DNA of 64,000 nucleotides, taken from assembly GCA_002633005.1 (NCBI GenBank), contig NMRA01000216.1, positions 1-64,000 on the forward strand, given 5' to 3'. Source of the stretch: Phoronis australis. Lineage: Eukaryota > Animalia > Phoronida. This document shows positions 56,901 to 64,000 of this stretch, piece after piece; position 1 is the first letter of the stretch; each line of letters opens with the position of its first letter. Made by a program: the position numbers and the translations under genes. Under the pieces are notes generated by a model. The model was not told the origin of the DNA and did not search any database. It worked only from the letters and a program-made list of their open reading frames with translations.

Positions 56901-59900
56901 TGGTCATTCCTTGTAATTACGGATTCTTTGTTATGCTTTTAGTCTGTGGTGTGGGAACCTCGTCATGTCCTGTGACTGTTTTGCAGTTAGTTTCCACCAT
57001 ATGTTCTGTTTTACTTTCAATGAGTTCACTGCTGTCCACAGTGCATGAGATGAAACTTGCAAAAATTCAATTATTATCATTCGCCTGTGCCTTTTCATGG
57101 CCCATGCAATGACTTGAATGCAGTTCTTTACTGTAACAGTTTTCAACGATGCAAGTACTATCAAATAATACAATATATTAACCTGTTACAAATTTTCAGT
57201 TGGCTCTCAAAAAGCTGAAACCACTCTTCAAACTTTTTATATCACATGTAAATTGTATTATACTTTTTTATTAAGTGTAGCATCTTAAAATCTTTAATAA
57301 TTTAGTAGTTAGTGTTATCATGCCAAGTATTTTAAACCTCTGTGCTGCAGCTCTGGTATTTTGGCCTTGCATTGTACTTCTTTGTCTTTCAAAACTGAGT
57401 GTGGATCTGTGACCACCAGCGGTTTTGAAGACTTCAGCACACTGCGCTGCAGCACCCTTCAATCTCCTTATTAATTGTGCAATGTACTTCTGAGTAGTGT
57501 GCACTGCCAGACCACCAGTGTGTGCCGATTGCACCCTTTAAAGATTCCGTCTCCAGTTGACAGCGAACATTCACCAATTCGTAACATGACGATTGTCTCA
57601 AAGTAAATTGAAAGGAATTAGTTTTCAAATTCTGAAAACTATGTTTTGAATCAGACGTGCTTCTGTTGAATGTTCATATTATCTACGTGACACGGTCTCT
57701 TAAAGAGGCACTAAGCTTGGTTTTGTGTATTGAAAGACTTCTTACATCAACCTGGTCACTAAAATACGAAAGTCATATTACAAAGTTCTAAAGCTGAAAA
57801 TGGCTGCCTCAGCACCATTTTGTCAAACCTGACCCAGAGATTATGTAATCATGTGTGATAATCAGTTTTCAAAAAAATTGATCCTATCAATGTCTTATAA
57901 AAATTGAAGTTGATTATCATTTAATAATTTAAAGCAAAACCGAGCTCAAGGTAACTGTCTAGTACCTTCACTTCAATCTTTACCTTGTGCACGGTAATTC
58001 TTTACTGATTTAGCGAACATTATGGCTGACAAGTGAAATTCCATTATTGTCAAAACTCCAAAAAGCTGATCAGATCTGAATCACCATTCTGTCACTACCC
58101 TCAACACATGGTGAAGTTTCCATATTTTGCAGCAACGTGATCAGTTTTGAAAAATAGAAAATGTCAGTTATAATTTTTGCGCGGAAAAAGTGGAAAATTA
58201 CCGTAACCCCAGTTACCTTTAAAGCACGCGATTCAAGCATTGCCCCTTTACACGGGGTGTCACCCGTTTGACTAACACTGCCTTGTGAACTCCAGAACAA
58301 GCCACCCACTCAGTCCAAGTCAACAGTAAGTCGCATGGTGTTGTTTGACTACTCAAGTCATTGTACTGACAGGCCCGATGTTGTGCTGTTGTATACTGTA
58401 TTCAATGTTGTTATCTCTTGTTAGTCCCTAGATGCTTCCATCTACAGTTAATTAATGGTCTTCTTGGCTTTCCATAAGTTGGTTGTCGAGAACAATCATG
58501 ATGTCCGGGTTACACCTAGTCTCATTGAATGTTTAATGATGTTACATTTACTTAATGGAAAGCCAGGGTCCTGTTCTTTTGCACAGTTTTCATGATTATC
58601 AAAAAACTATGCCTAGTTTTATTGAACAATGTCTTGCCAAATGCAAGATGAATGTTTAGTTCAAATACTTGCTTTTATCCCACAATTGCTCTTTAAACCA
58701 TTTTTTAACCATAACATACTGGTTACAAAACTTAACATCACTTTTAATAAATTGTTTTAATTTTCATAACATTCTGCTGACTTAGTAATGTTTAGACCTA
58801 CTTGTAGGTAGAAACTTGTGTGTTTGTGTAGTAGAACTAATATTTAGTTCTTAATCAAATATTTTGTAATGTCCTTAATATGTTTCTGGTTGTCTATAAA
58901 AATGATTCTTTGTGTCATTGTTGATAGTAACATTGGTATTATAGTTTTAAAATTTATGTTATTGACAGTTTATCTAGATGTTGTCTTTTGTTGTTAACCT
59001 TTGAGTTTTCAAATTTGCGATACTGAGTTAACTCTTACAACGCAACGATGTAACATCGATCACCACGACTTAAGTATTATCTTTCTATACACTTAACTAT
59101 AACCATTTGAAAAACATATAAATCCAAACAGTTACTTTTAACTCTTTTTAGAAGTTGTCTAACTTGTCAGCATTTCCTTGTTTCATATTTGCTGGCAACA
59201 TCTAGTTTGTTATAAGCTGTGTGTTGTAAACAAGATACTGACTGGACTTACTCTGAATGTTTACAGAACATCAACCCTGTACTGCTCAATACAACCCAGT
59301 TGAGCACCATGCTACCTTCAGAGGGCATCACAGTCGATCACGTTACCATGGAAGCAGTAGCTGTTATAAGCACAGAGGGTGAACTACTACAGCTGCAAGA
59401 TCAGGTAATATCAACAGTCTGTCACTGCAATGCAAGTTTTGGCTGAACCTCTTCAAGAAATGACTTACAGGTTGCATTTACAGTATTACACCCCATTCAC
59501 CCAGATCACCTGCAGACAGCGCATTATCATACCCTATGTGTTTCCAATGCATCAAACCTAATCAGGCAGAAATAATTACAGGCACAGGCACTTTGTAACA
59601 AAGATTTACCTGCTCAGTTAACTTGGGCAGGTCTTTATGAATAGGCTTGACTTGCTGCTTGACTGGTGTAAAGCACCTCGCCTAGCCTAGCCTTGGTGTA
59701 GCAAAGTTATTCTCATGGCATGAAGATTGAAGACATCTCAAAATATTGACAGATTTATTACTTTTAAATTATTTAATTCATCTATTGGCACTATAGAGTA
59801 CGTAACATAGAAAGTCGAAAGGTGCTCCTCGGCCTTAATTGTGTGTAGGAGAGTTGTCTATTGTTCACATGCATTTCTAACATGGCTAATTATTAAATAT

Positions 59901-62900
59901 GTTACTGAGCTTGTAGACAGCATATCTCTGAATTCATCCAGTGTGCTCTAGGAAGACAGAGACAATGTAATGTGAAAAGATTAGAAATTTGTCACTAGTA
60001 CCATCATGTAATACGTGCTTGCATGACCTTAGCAGTGCCAAACTCCCGAGTTACAAACCCAGTTGAACATGTCCTTGGCTTGTGCGTAGTTGTTAATAGC
60101 GTCTTGATTTTCTTGTAGATTGCACTTGAAGATGGTGTAGAAGTGTGGCTGTCTAGCCTGAAGGAGTGTATCAGTGATACGCTGAAGGAAATGTCTTACG
60201 GAGTGATCGAAGACTCAGCGAATAATGTGGCCATAGAGGAGTGGGCACTCAAGGTGAGTGGGGAAACTGTCACTCAAATTGGTACCTAGCAACGTGTGCT
60301 TTTCAAGCATTTTGAGAGGAACCACTCAACATAATTACCCTGTTCTTCATAATTATATCTTCAGCTGTAGTGATTATTCACTGTTATGTTACTCTGTGGT
60401 CATGTGAATGCATTTTCGTTTTTGGACAGTTAGCCTCTTGAATTGCATTCATGGTAAATGACATTTTTGCTTATTGCCTCAGTCTGAAAAAGAAATACAA
60501 AATTTTCAGTGGCAGAAGTTATTGTGAATCATATAAGGTGTGTTGGAAAACCACGGTTCCGTACCTTTTTTCAACTTGTAAAATATCACGTTACAGGGAT
60601 GTCCTTTGGTGTTGTGTAAGTAAAAGATAAATGGTGACCTACCTTCATAAATTTGATCGCAGTGATGTTCTTTAAATTTGTTATTTGAGCATGCACCAAT
60701 TCTTATCCTCAGAAATTACTCTAGATGTGGACCCTTAGTGTGTTCACAGCATTTGAGCAAGATGGTTACCCTGTGTGTTTAGAGTAGTTCTCTTCACCGT
60801 GCTGAATGAACATGCCTCGCCTTTAACTGTGACCCTAGGCATGTTTCACCCAACTTCTCTACTTGTTCACAGTACCCAGTCCAAGTGTGCAAGATTGGCC
60901 TACTCTACCACTGGACACGAGAGTGCGAGGCTGGCGTGAACGAGATCAAGTACGATCGCCGTGCCATACAGAATGCCGGCAAGCGTTTCCAGGCTGCGCT
61001 GGTCCGACTTCCCACCATGTTGGCCAGGAACCAGTGGAAGGGTGTTGACGAGGTCATGTTACCCGTGCACAGGCTGAGACTAGAGGGAATGATGACTGTG
61101 AGTATTGAGGCTGTTGTACTGTTTAACATGTGAATAACTTGGTCTAGCTATTGGACTAATTAATGTCATGCACGACATGTAAATTTTGCACCAGACATCA
61201 TATGCTTAATGGTTGGTCATTGTATAATCTTGTAATTAGGGAGCTCCAAAAAACAATGGTAGTCTTGTATTGAACATTCATGCCCACGTACTTGAACATG
61301 CGGTGCAATTATTGACTCTTACCCGATGACCTAGAAGGTGAACAGTGCTTTGGATGACACGCTTTTGCAACTTAACATGAAATACTGACAGGATTTGTTT
61401 TGTGAAATACCTTTACATCAGCCTTGCTAATGACAGGCCATGTGTGTTACGAAGTCAATGTCTGATTTTAAGCGTACATGCAATTGGTAGGCTAGGCTTA
61501 TATTTGATCTGTGGAGGGAAGTTAAAAAAGTTGGAGGTTGGCTTATATAACCCGAGCCAAGATGTTGCAGTATTTTGGGATGTTAAGTTGTTCCATTTTC
61601 ACTTTGACAACATCATTGTTCTTTCATTTTAGATGTCCTTATACCTGAGGGATGCCTCAGACTCTCTGTCTTCCAAGAAGATCAGAGAACCAACTGACTT
61701 TGAGTGGAGGCGTAATTTCAGGTGTTATGTGCAAGACAACGGTAAGAACATTTATATTTCCACTGACTTAAATACTTATTTCATGCTTGCGTGTTGGATT
61801 TGTTAAGTGCAAGTAACAGGTTTTCCTAGTAGCCATGTTATTTCTTGTATGATCTTTTGTTTATGGTTGGGAAAGACGTGTGATTACAACAAGTGTGAGG
61901 CTAATTGACATTATTTGAAATTACATTGCCTTGGAACACTTGTTTTAATGTCCGATGCAATTTTAACACATGACTGCTTGTGGTTTGTGTGTACTATGCA
62001 AAATTCAATTAATTCTTACCATTTTAGGCCTGTGTTCTGGTGGTATTTTCTGATTGGAGCTGAGCTGAAATTAGATCGTGCAGTCATCGGAATGGCTCTC
62101 TCTTTACGCATTCAACGAGCTCTCCATTGTTTACAAGCTAAACACACGAGACATGTTCTAAGTTTAAAACTGCCTGGTAGTGCAGCAACAAATAACTGAG
62201 TTTGTCTTTGTTACAGATGGCATGAGTGAGCCAGTTCTGTACGTTATGGACAACAGGTTCAAGTTTGGTACTGAGTTCCATGGAGCTGCACCCATGATTG
62301 GCATGTCTACCACGACGGAGCGATGTCTTCTTACAATGATTCACTGCTTCACCTCATTGAAGGGAAGCTGTATTACTGGGGGAACCGGGGTGGGCAAGAC
62401 TGAGACTGTCAAGGTAGGGCTCATTGATATTCACTGCTTCTCCTTTATTTTACTGAAGGGGCCTTCATTAGTTAGGGTACACGGAGGGGCAAGAGTGACA
62501 CTGCCATGGTAGGAGTTGTTTCCACTCCCTTTACTTGTGTGATGAGTTCATATCATGCATATAGTAAGCACTCTGATAAATGTGTTTCGGTGTAGTAACT
62601 TTGGAATACCAAATTCTAACCTTAGGGTTTTCGACAGCAAAGTTTGAGAAGATGATCATTCTAGACTCATTCTGCATGAGAAGAGTGACACTTTTCCTCA
62701 TCTTTGTGCAGTTTATTCAATGTCTATTTACATTGTCTATAGTTGAGGAGCATTGAATTTCACTTTTTGCAAATTGCCAGTAAAAGTTTATAGGAATATC
62801 AGTTTTCTAAGTTATCATTTTGTTTTTGTTTTATGCAACTTTTAAAATTTTTCATAAAAATTATTTTAGTCCTATTTTGTATAGTTCCTCGTGCAAAAGT

Positions 62901-63820
62901 GGAACGTTTTAAAAGCAATTCCTTACAATGTTTTGGAGAACAGTAATATGTAAAGTAATAGTTTTCGAGGGGTGTGAAACCTTTCAGCATGCTTAACTCC
63001 TGGTGAAGGAATTGCCTTTAATACAAGATACATGGCATTGAATAAGACTGTGAAGCTTCAGTTGTTTGTATTCATTGCCTTCGGTGCTCATGAATTGTGA
63101 TGTTGCAGGCTTTAGCTCAGACCCTCGGTGTGTTCTTGAGTATGCAACAGTGTTATGAAAACATGGAACCAGCCGCTGTGGGCCGCGTCATTCAAGGACT
63201 CTCACTGGTTTGTACAAGTCTTAAGGTTATGTGTGCTTCGTTTTATAGCACTGTCTTTTTTGAATCCATAATTTTTGGTTTGAAATTCTGGGTGTTTTTC
63301 ATAAAATTACCACCAAGTATGATCTGCACTTCATGCCAATGTCTTGTCAGTTCTTTTTGACATGCTCCAAAAATAGCACATGGTTAAAAGAATCTTGTTT
63401 TCTGTGTCAAATACTCTGTGTACTCAAACTTTGTAATCTGACTGTAGTTGGAAAGCTGGTAATATTTTCGGGGAAAAATTGTGTTGAAGGAAACTGAAAA
63501 TAATTTCAAATCGGAGACTGACTTAAAGAGCTAAAAAGGTTTTTTGATTAATTGATTTTTCAACAAGAGGATTATTGCCAATTTTAAACCGTGTCATACT
63601 ATCCTTTATCCGTGATATGTTGGCCATTTTTAGAAAATTAATGTTCTCTAGACTTATAACATCTCTTCTTAACTGACTACAGGATGGTTCTTGGGGCTGT
63701 TTTGATGAGGTGCAGTCCATCAGGCGCGAGGTGCTATCCGTGGTTCTAGACCTGGTACAGACTGTCTTCTCTGCACTGAAGGCTAGGCATGAGTTTTGCT
63801 ACTTCTCTGATGGACAAGAG
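17913..63820 (+). CDS. Axonemal dynein heavy chain, divergent DNAH5/DNAH8-like; tail, linker and start of AAA1; continues beyond the window
   Basis: Frame-consistent GT-AG exons: 17913-18437, 19612-19763, 20322-20495, 20938-21142, 21810-21995, 25101-25303, 25603-25946, 26930-27121, 28030-28163, 30938-31074, 31465-31585, 32112-32416, 32825-33084, 33588-33742, 34355-34480, 40411-40498, 41138-41279, 42529-42636, 44541-44653, 45611-45715, 45971-46131, 46671-46802, 47309-47484, 48481-48637, 49102-49314, 49639-49752, 50218-50349 (these three repeated at 50817-51029, 51357-51470, 51929-52060), 53047-53156, 53465-53561, 54152-54415, 54859-54951, 55576-55775, 56287-56485, 59267-59404, 60119-60253, 60873-61097, 61633-61741, 62217-62413, 63109-63207, 63683-63820 (6864 nt non-redundant). 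Motifs: GPLSELDRW, ITDAMNETKDKVKYL, TKVTNQLVLACK, RNAPPVAGAIHWSRQL (DHC_N1); RSRHW, WLEVQDLWQYLEAVF, YLDGKRKLFPRFYFVSD, VEVWL (DHC_N2); DFEW, Walker A GGTGVGKTE, Walker B WGCFDE. Confidence 0.93.
22026..22440. mobile_element. Degenerate hAT-like MITE
   Basis: AAGGGTTGAAATGA ... TCATTTCAGCCCTG (12/14 TIR); weak 8-bp flank match TTCTGTTC / TTCTTTTT. Confidence 0.5.
26021..26429. mobile_element. PIF/Harbinger-like MITE
   Basis: TGCCCAGTTGCA...GACTCAACTAAGTTTCCT inverted with AGGGAGCTTAGCTGAGTC...TGCAACTGGACA; 3-bp flank repeat CTG/CTG. Confidence 0.65.
29716..29890. repeat. 43-bp minisatellite, about 4 copies
   Basis: Unit ACTTTCACCACAATTACCCACAATTTCCTGTATAATAGTGCAA. Confidence 0.9.
31805..31860 (+). 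repeat. Solo copy of the repeat flanking the tRNA-like element
   Basis: GGTCACGGGCTGTGGCCAACAGGTGGCGTGCAGACCAGACTT matches 2279-2320 and 2056-2081. Confidence 0.8.
35067..38917 (+). CDS. Candidate cassette exons of the dynein gene (35067-~35157, 35877-35927, 36689-36766, 37078-37224, 37844-37978, 38852-38917)
   Basis: Each follows a pyrimidine-rich AG acceptor and is stop-free in phase 0. Five end at a GT at a multiple of 3 (51, 78, 147, 135, 66 nt), matching the phase-0 host intron 34481-40410. No transcript support is available. Confidence 0.4.
35499..35712. mobile_element. Probable MITE
   Basis: AGAAAACACCTGA / TCAGGTGTTTTCT terminal inverted repeat, plus an internal GGCAAGGGGC / GCCCCTTGCC inverted pair. 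Confidence 0.5.
39220..39303. repeat. 27-bp tandem repeat, 3 copies
   Basis: Unit TGGCTGCACTTGAGTCACTCTGGGCC(A/C). Confidence 0.9.
41398..42365. repeat. ~342-bp direct duplication (41398-41739 and 42024-42365) around the N at 41740
   Basis: Copies are essentially identical; copy 1 ends exactly at the N. Confidence 0.9.
44647..45096 (+). repeat. ~32-bp minisatellite, 14 copies, beginning inside the exon end and containing the splice donor
   Basis: Unit GAGGTATTAAGGGATTGTTAAGTGACTGTG(T/G)A; the first copy spans the exon 44541-44653 donor AG|GT. Confidence 0.92.
48649..52067 (+). repeat. ~1.7-kb tandem duplication containing three dynein exons (48649-50356 and 50358-52067), joined by the N at 50357
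   Basis: The exon peptides are identical and differ only at synonymous sites; the introns show substitutions and small indels. Confidence 0.93.
53589..53903. repeat. 62-bp minisatellite, about 5 copies (last two degenerate)
   Basis: Unit GTCAGGATTTACTAGCTCATGATTTACTGGTCTAATGATAACTAGACTAAGTTTGATATTAT. Confidence 0.9.
54436..54544. mobile_element. 109-bp palindromic MITE with 8-bp TSD (possibly Merlin-like)
   Basis: ~43-bp imperfect inverted arms AGTTATGGTCTCATATACCGTGCCCTCATTTTGAGAACCAGTT / AACTGGTTCTGAAAATGCGGGCACGTTATATGGGACTAGTACC; flanks GACAAAGG (54428-54435) and GACAAAGA (54545-54552). Confidence 0.75.
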
Positions 63821-64000
63821 GTATTATGCCATTCAATTCTGTCTTACTTGGTCGTTAACTCTTTGAAAGCTGGATATTCATTTCAGATATAACTTGAGGG
63901 AAATTAGATTTCCAGTAATATTAAGTGGCATTTTTGGGTGAGAAGATATTTGGCTTAGCCTGTTCACAAAGTCAGGCTTAGGACGAAAGTCATAAAATCT

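Overview
Intron-rich, AT-rich animal (invertebrate-like; lineage not determinable from sequence alone) genomic DNA, so most of the supplied ORF track is fragments or noise. Three spliced GT-AG genes were reconstructed by hand. (1) The 3' part of MRPS9 (+, 649-7502, 7 exons visible). (2) A complete UTP11 (-, 17417-7943, 8 coding exons, 253 aa) ending tail-to-tail with MRPS9. (3) A large axonemal dynein heavy chain gene (+, ATG 17913, running off the window, 40 non-redundant exons, about 2288 aa seen), head-to-head with UTP11 across 495 bp. The dynein has a DNAH5/DNAH8-like tail but a non-canonical AAA1 (GGTGVGKTETVK; WGCFDEVQSI), several large low-complexity insertions and a cluster of candidate symmetric cassette exons. 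Several dynein introns hold decayed copies of the adjacent exon edge, one amplified into a splice-donor minisatellite. The introns also carry many small TIR elements, a tRNA-like element flanked by CTCF-like direct repeats, and minisatellites. Three near-identical duplications abut single-N joins (16314, 41740, 50357) and are probably uncollapsed haplotypes.
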